35,437 bases of DNA from Prasinococcaceae sp. CCMP 1430. Taxonomy: Eukaryota > Plantae > Prasinodermophyta. Within the stretch, counting starts at the first letter, position 1. The number at the start of each line of letters is the position of its first letter. Below the pieces are notes generated by a model. That model ran no database searches. It was not told the origin of the DNA and worked only from the letters and a program-made list of their open reading frames with translations. The position numbers and the translations under genes were made by a program. Positions 1 to 10,584 of the stretch are shown here, in pieces. The DNA is taken from the NCBI GenBank assembly GCA_013416795.1, contig RQSC01000004.1, positions 370,498-405,934 of the forward strand, read 5' to 3'.

Positions 1-666
1 GGGTGTGGGTGTGCGGCGCGCGTGCTCGCCGGGGAGCGCGGGCGGCAGCGCGAGAGAGGGAGCGGCGTAAGAGGGCGCGCCTGCCGCCCCCTCCCCGCCT
101 CCCCCCCCCCCCCGGGGGAGCGCGCGCTGCGCGCGCGCCGGCCGGCGCGCGCGCTCTGCTCCGCGGACCCCTGCAGGCCTCCTCGCTCGCGCCGGAACCG
201 CCGCGCCCCCTCCCACACATACACATACACACAGGCGCGCGCGCGCGCATGCACACGGGTGCACGCACACGATCGCACGCACACCCGCACACACACGCAC
301 ACGCACACGCACGCACACGCACGCACACGCACGCGCGCTCGCGCGGGGGCGGGCGCGGCGGGTGCGTGCCGCGCGCACGGGGAACCGGCGCATCGGGCGA
401 CGGGCACGCCGCCCGAGTTTCCCCTCGCGGATGTTTTTGCGCTTTAATACCGCCCGATGCGAGTCGTTCTGCGGATCGCGTGCCCGAATTTTCGGGTCTT
501 TGCGCCGGTCTGTCGGCGCAAAAGAGGGAGCAATTTTTCGCGCGCGCGCCTGCGCGGGCGCACTGATCAACACCCCCCCGACCGACAGACAGACCGAGCT
601 CGTCGGTGATGGAGCGGGGGTGTGCTGCGTGGCAGAGGGCGCGCGGGGCGACGCGGTAGGGGGGCG

Positions 667-1879
667 ATGGGGCGCGCCTTCGCGGGTCTGAGCCTGGGCG
701 TGGCGTGCGCGCTCGCGGCGGCCGCGGCCGCGCTCTCGCACTGCGCGGCGCTGCCGCACGGCGGCGTGCTGCTGCCGTGGGTGGGCTTCGGCACGTACAG
801 GATCGGCGCAGCGCGCGCGCGGCAGGCGACGCTGGCGGCGCTCCGCGCCGGCTACCGGGGCATCGACACTGCGTTCGTGTACGGCGGGGAGAAGACCGAG
901 CGGGAGGTCGGTGCCGCGCTGCGGGCGGCGCTCGACGAGGGCGTGCTGCGGTCGCGCGAGGACGTGTGCGTCACCACCAAGCAGTGGCGCAAGTACCACG
1001 GCTACGCGGAGACGCTCAAGTGCCTCGACACCTCGCTCCGGCGGCTCGACCTGGAGTGGGTCGACCTGTACCTCATGCACTGGCCGGGGCCGGCGTACTC
1101 CACCATGAACCGGCGCAAGGACATGATCGAGCGGCACGGCGCGTGGTACTACGCCAAGGAGGGGCACAGCGCGGCCTCGATGCCCGCGCTGCGCGCGGAG
1201 ACGTGGCGGGCGATGGAGGACGCCAAGCGCGCGGGCAAGTGCCGCGCGATCGGCGTGTCGAACTGCACGGTCGCGCACCTGGAGGCGCTCAAGCGCACCG
1301 CCAGGGAGTGGCCGCCCGCCGTGAACCAGGTGGAGATGCACCCCTACTACGCGCAGGCGGAGCTGCTCGAGTACTGCGCGAGGGAGGGGATCGTGCTGCA
1401 GGCGTACGCCTCGCTCGGCGGGCAGGTGCGTGGTCGCAAAATTTTTGGTGTGTGTGTTGTGCGCTGTGGTGTGGGTGGTGGGTGGCGGCGGTGGTGGTGC
1501 GGGGGGTGGGCGCGCGCGCGCGCGAGGCGTGCGCGCTGACGCGGCTCTGGCGCTGCGCCCGCGCGATCGCCGGGCGCAGGACGCGTCGAGGGCCAAGATG
1601 GACTCGCTGGGCGGCGACCTGCTCGAGTGCGACCCCGCGGCGGCCATCGCGGCGAAGCACGCGGTCACGACGGCGCAGGTGCTGCTGCGATGGGGGCTGC
1701 AGCGCGGCGCGGCGGTCATCCCCAAGACGGTGTCCGACGAGCGCCTCGCGGAGAACGCGGGGGCGCTGGGCGTCGCGCTCGACGCCGCCGACCTCGCGGC
1801 GCTCGACGCGCTCGACCGCGGCGCCGAGGGCAGGCTGTGCTGGAAGAGCGACCCGCTTCGGGGCCTCGAGTTTGATTGA
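667..1879 (+). CDS. Aldo/keto reductase (AKR superfamily); 2 exons (667-1425, 1580-1879)
   Basis: Motifs GFGTY, GYRGIDTAFVYG, TTKQW, DLYLMHWP, AIGVSN, NQVEMHPY, AQVLLRW, VIPKT; catalytic D/Y/K/H present. Intron 1426-1579 (GTGCGT...CTGAC...GCAG) joins the two ORFs in phase 0. Hydrophobic N-terminus. Confidence 0.93.
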
Positions 1880-2396
1880 TCGGCTCGACTCCGGCTGATG
1901 CTGCCGGCTGTATCATTTTCATTGATTGATGGCGGTGTGGGTGTGACGGGACGCACGCAGCTGGGCGTCAGGATTGAGCACGCTTGCTTGCTTGCTTGCG
2001 CGTCGTGCGCGTGTGTGTGTGCCACACGAGCGTCGCTGTGCCTGCCGGCCCGCTGGCTGGTGGCCCGCGTGCCTGCTGCGGCACTAGCCAGTGGCCCGCG
2101 TGCCTGCTGCCGGCGCTACTGCACCGCCGCGGCCGCGCGCGCGCTGCGGCTGCAGGGCGCCGCAGGAGCGGCGAGCCACTGCTTCGTAGCGCGCGCTCCT
2201 CCCGGGAGCGCGCGCGTCCGTCCGAACCAGCATGTATACCCTAAAACTCATCCGACAGGAAGAGGCCCGAATCGCCGCTGAGTGTATATCACAATGAATT
2301 GGAATCTGTCGGATAAACCTAATCCTGAGAGGAGGACTTGGACCCTGCCGGCGGCGCCACGTCAGCGCGCGCGCCACGCGCGCGCGCGCGGCGCGG

Positions 2397-2699
2397 NNNN
2401 NNNNNNNNNNNNNNNNNNNNNNNNNNNNNNNNNNNNNNNNNNNNNNNNNNNNNNNNNNNNNNNNNNNNNNNNNNNNNNNNNNNNNNNNNNNNNNNNNNNN
2501 NNNNNNNNNNNNNNNNNNNNNNNNNNNNNNNNNNNNNNNNNNNNNNNNNNNNNNNNNNNNNNNNNNNNNNNNNNNNNNNNNNNNNNNNNNNNNNNNNNNN
2601 NNNNNNNNNNNNNNNNNNNNNNNNNNNNNNNNNNNNNNNNNNNNNNNNNNNNNNNNNNNNNNNNNNNNNNNNNNNNNNNNNNNNNNNNNNNNNNNNNNN
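2397..2699. other. Assembly gap (others at 13439-13745, 30213-30560, 34272-34373)
   Basis: N runs, each flanked by (GC)n-rich sequence near a gene 5' end. Confidence 0.99.
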
Positions 2700-2750
2700 G
2701 GCGCCCACGGCCGGAGCGGGGCCGCGGAGCGCCTCGCCGACGCGCACGGC

Positions 2751-3182
2751 ATGCTCGGCAGGCGCTACCGCTCGGCGACCAGCGCGTCGCGCAGGCGCGT
2801 GGTGCGCAACCACGCGCGGGCCAAGTCGCTGGCCAAGCTCTTCGGCGACATTCGCCGCCGCGGGTACGGCGCCCCCACCGGCGTCCACGAGCACCCCATC
2901 GCGCTGCAGAGGCACGCCGAGGCCCAGCGCGAGCGCAAGGCGAAGAGCCGCTCCTCGGACGACGAGCGCGCGCTGTACGTCGACGACCACACGCGCAAGC
3001 GCGAGATGGACCTCGAGGCGCTGCGCGACGCGCTCGAGCAGACCAAGGGCTCCCACCGCGGGCACGCGCACCGCTCGAGCGGCCGCGGCAACAACGAGCT
3101 CAAGTCCGGGGGCTCCAAGAGGGGCGGAGGGCGCGCCGTGCGCCGCCGCGGCCGCCTCAACCAGCCGCGGCCGGGCTTCTAG
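2751..3182 (+). CDS. Hypothetical basic protein (143 aa; 5' end may lie in the N-gap)
   Basis: Codon usage typical of the window's genes (GAG/AAG/CGC/GAC), TAG stop, immediately after gap 2397-2699. No family recognised. Confidence 0.55.
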   Translation: MLGRRYRSATSASRRRVVRNHARAKSLAKLFGDIRRRGYGAPTGVHEHPIALQRHAEAQRERKAKSRSSDDERALYVDDHTRKREMDLEALRDALEQTKGSHRGHAHRSSGRGNNELKSGGSKRGGGRAVRRRGRLNQPRPGF

Positions 3183-3455
3183 CTCGATCGATCGAGAGGG
3201 GCTTGCTTGCTTGCTTGCGTTTTGGCTCGCTTGAGAGGGGAAGCACGAATGAGGGAAGGGGAGGGGGGCGAGCCGCGCTCGCGCGCTGGCGTCGGACGCG
3301 CGCGTCGTCGTAAAGTCTATATGTACCGCGGAGGGCCGTCTGTTGCATGCGCGCGCCACCAGCGGGCTTTACAATGCCGTCGGCCGCGCCGCTCGTGCGT
3401 CTGCGCGGACGCTGCGTTTCGCTCAGCGCGCGCCTCGCCCGCGCGTCTGCGCAGG

Positions 3456-5169
3456 CTACGACGACGTCGCCTCGCTGCTGCTGGCGCTGCTGCTGGTGTT
3501 TCTGCCACTCATCGAGCCCAGGACCGACCGGACGTACTTGAGCCGCTTGAGCAGCGACGGGTCCGCAGGCGGGGGGCTGAGGGCGTGCTCGGTCTCCCTG
3601 CCGCCCGCGTCGACGTACACCGCGCTCGCCCCGTCGCCTGAGAGCACCAGCTGCGATCCGTCCGTGAACTCCACCTGGACGAGCGCGTTGGACAGCCGCA
3701 GCAGGATGCAGTGCGGCGTGCGCACCCACTTGCGCACGTGCGCGGGCGGTCGGCCCTCCCCTCCGAGTGAGCGGGCCGGCGCGCCGGACGACGCGGCAAT
3801 GGCGGCCCTCCGAGGCGACGCGGCGTCCCCCTCGTGCTTCGCCCGCAGGTAGCTCGCGAAGTGCTTGAGCAGCGCCGCCTTCTTCGCCAGGCCCGGCGGC
3901 GGCTCGCCGTCGAGGCGGCCAACCATGGGCTCGGCGCAGCGCGCCTCGAAGTACTCGTAGCGCGCCCCCTCGGCGTCCAGCACGATCTTGGTCGAGTCGT
4001 TGAAGAGCACGCCGGCCACGCCGCCGACCATGAGCCAACCGAGGCCGTACTTGTGGCTGTAGTCCACCCAGTGCGACACCCTGCTGGCGTGGTCGATGGC
4101 CGTTGCGGCTCGGAGCGGGGGGGTGGGCTGGCCGGCTGCTCGGCCTGGTGCGGCCTTCGATTGGTGTGCGCCGTCGTCGTCGCGGAGGGTGCTTGTTGGC
4201 AGGGACTCGTGGGTCGCCTCGAGCGCTCGCCCGGTGGTGGTGGTCAGGCCGGCGGTGGCGCTGGTGCTCGGGGGGGATGCGCAGCGGCGGGCGCTTCGTC
4301 TCTCCTCGTCCGCGACGCGCGCGTCGTCGGGCGCCGTCTGCTCGACGCAATGCCCGCCCTCACCGCACCCCCGCGCGTCGACGACGTTCGGGGCTCGCGC
4401 TCTCGCTGCTGCTCTTTCCATCCCCCCGCGGTCGTCGTCGTCGTCGTCCTCCCGACCGCTACCGCCGCCGTCCTCCCTCAGCGCGACGAGCTGCGGCCGC
4501 GACGCGCAGCTGTTGGGATCGATCGGACTCAGCGCCGGGCGCGAGCGAGGGGATGACAGCAGCTTGGCCGACCCGCCGCCGAGCTTCTTCGGGTGCGAGT
4601 AGCAGCCGTCGGGATCGATCGGACTCGAGCTTTTCGGCCGCTCGCCCTCCTCCTGGTCGGGCGTGGCGCACGCGGGCGGCGGCGACGGGCCCGAGGCGCG
4701 CGGCTCGGGCAGCTGCTCCGCCGGCGCGGGCGCGGGCGGCGGGCCCGCGGGCGCCCGCGCGCGTCGCGCGACGAACGGGTGGTGCAGTACCTGCAGCATG
4801 GTGGGGCGCCTCGCCGGGTCGGCCTGCAGCGCCCAGCGCACGAGGTCCTTGGCGTCGTCGGAGAGGTTGGCGGCCGCGGCCTGCGGGAAGGCGTACTCGT
4901 TGCCGCGGATGCGCTTGTACGTCGTCTGCACGTCCCTGGTCTCGAACGGCGGGCGCCCAACCAGCAGCGCGTAGGCGAGCACGCCGAGCGCCCACACGTC
5001 CACCTCGAACGAGTGGCCGTTCCCGTCCGAGCCGGCGATGACCTCCTTTTCGTGGCATCGTTTCGTTGTGATTGTTTGTTTTGTGTGCGGCGGGCGCGCG
5101 AGGGTGGGGGATCGAGGGGGCGCGGTCGGGACGCGAGCTGTCAGCGTCGGGTGCGGAGCCGGTCTCTCT

Positions 5170-5224
<55 letters not shown>

Positions 5225-6086
5225 AAGGGGAAGCGGTACGATGGCACGTGGAAGGACTGGCGGGGTGCTCACGCACCGGCGCGATGTAGTTCGGCGTGCC
5301 GCAGACCGTCTGCTTGCGCTCCTCGCGCGTCTGGAGGCGGCAGGCCAGGCCGAAGTCCCCCAGGCGCAGCTCCCCGCGCGAGGCGATGAAGACGTTGCCC
5401 AGCTTGAGGTCCCTGTGGACGATGTTGTTCGCGTGGAGGTGGGCCAGCGCGGACGCCAGCTGGAAGACGTGCTCGCCCACCTCGGCCTCCGTGAGCGCGC
5501 CGCGCGAGCGCAGCAGCTCGGCGAGCGTCTGGCCCTCGCAGAGCTCGAGCAGGATGTACACGTTGTCGGCGTCCTCGAAGCACCGCCGGAAGCGCACGAT
5601 GTGCCCGTGCGCGAGCTGCCGGTGGATGCGGATCTCGGCGAGCAGCTTGGCCTGGGCGCGCGGGCGGGTGAGGCGCCGCTTGCTGATCACCTTGCCGGCG
5701 AAGGCCTCGCCGGTGGCGAGGTCGGTGAGCACGTGCACCGTGGCGAAGCCGCCCTTGCCGAGGGGGCGGCCCTTGGCGTAGCGACGGGCCGACGAGCGCG
5801 ACGACTTGCGCGGCCTCTCGACGACGATCGGCGGGCACGTGTCCACCACGGGCTGCTTCTTCTTCCTGGTGGTGCTGGTGGTTGTGGCGGTGGTTTGGCG
5901 GCTGCCCCCGCCGCGGCTCCCGCTGCTGCGCGAGGGCTTCGCGTGAGAGGGGCTCGCGAGGGCGAGCGGAGAGACGGCGTGGTGGTGTGTGTGTGTGTGT
6001 GTGGGAGGGACGTTGGGCTCGGGATGATGGCAGCCCTCCTCTGAGCCGAGGGCGGCCCGAGCGGCCCGAGCGGCCGGAGCGGCCAT
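3456..6086 (-). CDS. PLK1: Polo-like kinase (kinase domain plus two polo boxes); intron 5046-5276
   Basis: LGKGGFA, AGKVI, HRDLKLGN, DFGLA, CGTPNYIAP|EV, HSFEVDVWALG, GRPPFET. Polo boxes WVDYSHKYGLG...GVLFNDST and VRKWVRT...LRLSN...QVEFTD. A 231-nt in-frame intron (GTGCGT...AAG) splits AP|E. Start ATG uncertain. Confidence 0.93.
5171..5222. repeat. (GT)n/(AC)n microsatellite in the PLK intron
   Basis: About 26 perfect GT units. Confidence 0.95.
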
Positions 6087-6868
6087 CGCCGCGTCTCTCT
6101 CGGCGCGTTTCTCTCTCGGCGGTCGGCTGCGCGAGCCGGGTGCGGGCTCGAGCTCGCTCGCTCGCTCGCTCGCTCGCTCGCGCGAGAGGGAGAGCGGGGC
6201 TCCTGCTTGCCGTGAGCGCCTCCTGCCTTTCGCAGCCTTCTCGCCCACCCCTCCGCCCCGCCGCGCGCCGCTGCCGCGCGGCAGAGTGCCGCGCCGCTCG
6301 CGCGCGCGTACCGGCTCACTCGCGCCGACTTTACGCGGAAGGCGCTTACGCGCGCGCGCGGTCGGTCGCTCGCCGCGGCGCCGGCCGAAACGGCATCCGG
6401 GCGCGCGCCAAAAAAACGGATAGGGCGCGCGTACCTTCCGCGAAGGGGTGCGTTGTCGGTCGGCGGTGGCGCGGGCGCGCATTCGAAGCCCCCGTCTGTT
6501 GCCGGCGGGGACGCGCACGCGGACGCGATGCGCGCGCGCGCGGCGGGGCGCTTTTCCGGTACGTTTGCTGGGATGCGGTCGCGCTGGCTCGCGGCGGGCG
6601 CATGTGCGTGCGCGGACTGGGATCGAATTGGGCATTCCGACCGGCCGACCGATGGGTGCTTTTTTGATGGATTCGGATTGGGGCCGCTCGTCGGCGGCAT
6701 CTGCCCGTTGGGAAGTGAATGCAGCCTGCGGATGGGAGGCCGACAGACAGTCGCGCGGTGTCCTGGACAAAGCAAAAAAAAAAAAAAATCCGGCGAGAGG
6801 TCACTTTGCACGCGCACGGGGAGTCTAATTTTTAAACTTAATTTTTTTGCATTTGGACGTGTCCATCC

Positions 6869-6957
6869 GGGCGTATAGCTCAGTGGTAGAGCAGTCGATT
6901 GCAGTTTTTAAAATGGCTCCCCTCGACAGGTCGCTGGTTCGATTCTGGCTGCGCCCT
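6869..6957 (+). tRNA. tRNA-Cys(GCA) with ~17-nt intron at 37/38 (6905-6921); possibly degenerate
   Basis: Acceptor stem GGGCGTA/TGCGCCC, D-arm GCTC-AGTGGTA-GAGC, anticodon stem GTCGA/TCGAC with GCA at 6901-6903, T-arm GCTGG-TTCGATT-CTGGC, discriminator T, downstream T-tracts. Confidence 0.85.
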
Positions 6958-6999
6958 CTCCTTTCTTTTTGTTGCTCCGTCCCTCTCTTTTTTTTGCTG

Positions 7000-7920
7000 A
7001 CAATTGACGTCTTGGTGATTTGTGATCAGTTTTTTACATGCATGGAGTAAGGGTAGGCGTGGCTGCCGCACAAATGTGATCAGTTTTTCCCATGCATTTT
7101 TGTGAGGAATCACGACCGCCACATGATCAGCCGAATGATGATGCTGACAGGGGAGATGGTCAAGATTGACCTCTCGTTCAAGGCCCCGAAGCGCGTGCTC
7201 GTGCCAGGATCGCGACCCTTCCTCGCCACCCTTGGTGTCATGAACGAGTGGGGGCATGTCATCGGTTTGTATTACATCACCGGACACCGTGAGCTGACTG
7301 GACTTCCTAAACATGCGTGCAAACGTGGCTCAAGTGCTTTGGAAGGATGGCACCGCTGGTTTAGGGACATTGCTGCTACCAACGCTTCTCCTGAGCTTCT
7401 CGACATGATTAGCGCCGGCGTCCCACGCACGGGCTCTTGAGTGACACGCTTCGGGTCGCGGAGCGGACGGTGAGGTCGCCCCACGTCCGCAACAAGACTG
7501 GCAAGAAGCCACCGGCGCGCAAGAGCTTAAAGGCGCTGATGCACCACTACAATTTGGGCAACCAGCGACATCGCGCGATGGCCGACTGCATCGACATGAA
7601 GCGCGTGTGCGAGTGGGAAACGGATGGCGGCGACAACCGGTCAGCGATGTCCAAGACTGTACATCACTAGGTCAGGGGGTTGCAACACGCCGATGGAGCC
7701 TATCACGACTTCTGCGAATGCACGCAGACGTAGGCGTTCGGCACCTCGGCGGTCTCTCATGATCGCGCACGTGCAACATGTGTGTGCATCCGCGCGGCCC
7801 ACCGCGAGGAGCCTTCGAAAATCAGCGGTGCACCCAAGACTGCATGTGTTGAATCCGCATCACTTTGCAATAGGCGCACGTGTTTCCCACATTTGAAATT
7901 CACTGAGTGCGTTTACACCT
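7000..7920 (+). mobile_element. Degenerate DNA-transposon-like remnant (MULE-like DDE fragment plus Cys/His-rich fragments)
   Basis: Low-GC island. Peptide LTGEMVKIDLSFK...LGVMNEWGHVIGLY resembles the D-x-[ST]-FK...NE-x-G first catalytic strand region of Mutator-like transposases. Followed by stop-interrupted Cys/His-rich frames. No TIRs identified. Confidence 0.4.
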
Positions 7921-8021
7921 CCAGGGCGCGGCGGCGTTTTTGGCGCGGCGATCGAACCCTACACTGTACCCTCAAAACCGCCGCGACGTCATGGTTGGGG
8001 TCCCAAATCCCAAACCCTACC

Positions 8022-9850
8022 CTAACGCTTCCGTCCACCCCCGCCGTCCCTGCCCGCGCCACTCCCGCCGCCACCCTTCCCCCCCAGCACGTCCCGCAGC
8101 ACTGCCGGCGCCCGCTCGCTGAGCCCCCCCCCCTTCCCGCCGCCCCCCCCCTCCTCGTCCAGGCAGACGCACACCAGCATGCCGTCGCACACCATCTCGA
8201 ACACGGCCATGAAGAGCGTCCCCACGAAGAGCCCCGACAGCGCGCACAGCGCCACCACCAGCGCCCCCCCCGACTCCACGTACAGCTGGGCGTTCGGCCC
8301 GGCCGGGCCCGAGTACCTCTTCGCCCCGCTCACGAACGCGCCCAGCGCCGCGGCGAACACGCACGCCGCCAGCCTCCCGACCAGCACCACCCCCTTGCTG
8401 ACCACCCCCACGGCCGCCGCCCTCAGCGCGTTCCCCAAAATGAGCGCCCCCCCTCGCCCCACCCCCTCGCAGAAGCCCCTGTTCTCCACGACGGCCACGA
8501 CGTACGCGTTCTTGCTCGCGTACTCCGCCAGCCCCTTCACGCACCTCAGGCAGCACCCCACGCACATCGCCACGTACCGCGCCCCCTGGTTGCCGCCCCC
8601 CTCGCCCGAGCCGCGGGACCCCAGCAGGCCCTTCGTCCGCGCGCTCACCGCCTCGACGACCAAAATGACCGCCTTCAGCGCCGCCGAGAGGAAGCCCCCG
8701 AGCGCGGCCGTGCCCAGGTGGTACCGCGCGGCGACCCACGCCCCCGCGGCCATCCCCTCCCCCGAGCCGAAGTACCAGCCGGCCGTCGCCGCCGCCAGCG
8801 CCAGCCGCGTGACGGCCGCGCCGAACTCGAGCGTCCACAGCAGCCCGAAGAAGTGGAAGCCCATCGCGCCCTGCAGCTCGGCGTCCCACTCGAGATGGTA
8901 CCCCTCCAGGGTGCCCACGCACGCGCCGTCGACGCACTCCTCCGCGTCGGGCACGATGGTGCCCGCGGTGTACAGCAGCGCCGCCACGGCTGCCCAGTAC
9001 ACCAGCAGCGCCACGTTGAACGCCAGCGGGATCACGGGAAAGAGCGCCATCGCGGGCGAGCTCGCCACGCAGACGGCGGCGGCCTTCGAGAGGGCGATCG
9101 CCAGCGCCACCCGCTTGCGCAGGGCGACGGTGATCAGGGCGACCACCGCGAACAGCGCGGCGAACGCGTACGCCGCGCCCTCGAAGGTCTGCCGCTCCGC
9201 GCGGACGTCCGGCGCGTTGGCGGCGACGATGCCCTCCAGGCGCCCGCCGACCTCCCCGCCCGCCGCCCCGAGCAGCCCCGCCTTGGCCGCGCAGCCGAGC
9301 GCCGCGAGGCCCAGGCCCAGGTGCAGCGCCGCGACGAGCGTCCACACGAGCACGCCCGCGAAGAGGCGCAGCGCGAGCATGAAGGCCACGCACATGAGGA
9401 ACGGACCGACCACGCCCGCCACCAGCAGCACCTCGCGCGCGCGCCACAGCGCGGACGCCTCCCTGCGCAGCCGGGCCGCGGCGCCCGAGGCCCCGCCCCC
9501 GCCGGCGCCGAGCTGGCCCACCGCCGCGTCGAGCGCCGCCAGGCCCTGCTCCTCGATGGCCGCCCGCGTGCGCTCCGTCGGGTACGGCACGCACCTGCCC
9601 AGCCGCTCCGCGGTGGGCATGAACACGGGATAGCACTGCGGCCCCGACGCCGGCTCCTCCTCCAAGAACGCGAGCGACGCCAGCTGGTCGTCCGCGCCCA
9701 GGGCGTCGAAGTAGCGCACGCCCCAGGTGGCGTTGTACCGGCACGCGAACGCGCGCTCCGCCGTCGGCGCCGTCGGCGCCGCCGGCGCCGCCGCGTCGGC
9801 GTCCGCGTCGGCCTCCTCCGCGAGGCTCCTGCGCCCGAGCGCGGCCGTGC
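8022..9850 (-). CDS. Choline transporter-like (CTL/SLC44) protein, N-terminus missing
   Basis: CYPV..PT...LGRCVP, multiple TM helices, FHFFGLLWT, YHLGTAALG, CCLRC..GL.EY.SKNAY, FCEG, D.MLVC.C.DEE. The expected N-terminal TM1 region is not found upstream in frame. Confidence 0.85.
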
Positions 9851-9899
9851 GCCGGCGGGCGCGCCGTCGGCGGCGGCGGCGGCGCCGTGCGCGCCGAGG

Positions 9900-10480
9900 A
9901 AGGCCGTGCCGGTCCACTTGTTGAGCTTGGGCACGTCGAAGTAGACCTCGCCGGCGTTGACGCCGTCCGTCTCGAGCACGAAGTTGCCCGCTCGCGTCAC
10001 GTCGTCGCTCGCCGCGAAGTTGAGGTTCGTCATGCCCTCCAGCCTGTCCACCAGGCGCACGCCCTCCTTGCTGCCCGCCACCGAGCACGACAGCAGGTCG
10101 ATGCGCCCCTCGGGCTGGACGAACTCGCTGGCCAGCGCGCACCAGAAGGCGCGCAGCTCGGGGCGCTCCTTGAGCGACTGCAGGTGGGTGCGCGTCCCTT
10201 GCGTGAGGCCGATGGCGCCCGGCTTGCCGTGCGTCATCAGCGCCAGCGACCGCATCCGCGCGCCGCGCAGGGCCTCGCGCAGGCGCTGCAGCAGCCCCTC
10301 CGGCGTGCTGGTGTAGAAGTTGTAGTAGAGCACGCACACGGTGCCGTCCTTCACGGCGTCGATGAGGAGCGGCGGGTTCTTCATGCGCGATGAGATGAGG
10401 ATGGCCGTGGTGAAGGCCCCGCCGGGAGGAGGCTCGGGCGCCGCGTGCGCCGCGGCCGCGTTCGCGAGGGCGGCCGCCAT
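9900..10480 (-). CDS. DUF4347 domain protein (caspase/CHAT-like fold); 3' end unresolved
   Basis: ILISSR...SLALMTHGKPG...FW..L...GRIDLLSCSVA....G..L...LE..T...FAASDDVT..GNFVLE...YF...L.KW fits the DUF4347 pattern. The ORF formally runs to 9134 but is out-of-frame CTL sequence beyond ~9860. Confidence 0.75.
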
Positions 10481-10584
10481 CGCCGCGGCGTTGCCCGGCC
10501 CGCCGCTGGCGGGGCGCTACGCGCCGTCTTACGTAGGAGTGAGCCAGAAACGTACAGCACGCACTGTGCATTGGCGCGTCGGCG

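Noticed and set aside
210-340. CA/CG-rich repeats as a CRISPR-like or coding array
   Set aside because: Simple low-complexity microsatellite with no repeat-spacer structure; eukaryotic context.
2225-2345. AT-richer patch with inverted repeat ATCCGACAG/CTGTCGGAT as an ncRNA or MITE
   Set aside because: Only a 9-bp stem, no TSD or recognisable boxes; more simply promoter sequence before the gap.
6869-6957. Permuted tRNA gene as known in some prasinophytes
   Set aside because: The 5' and 3' halves are in normal order.
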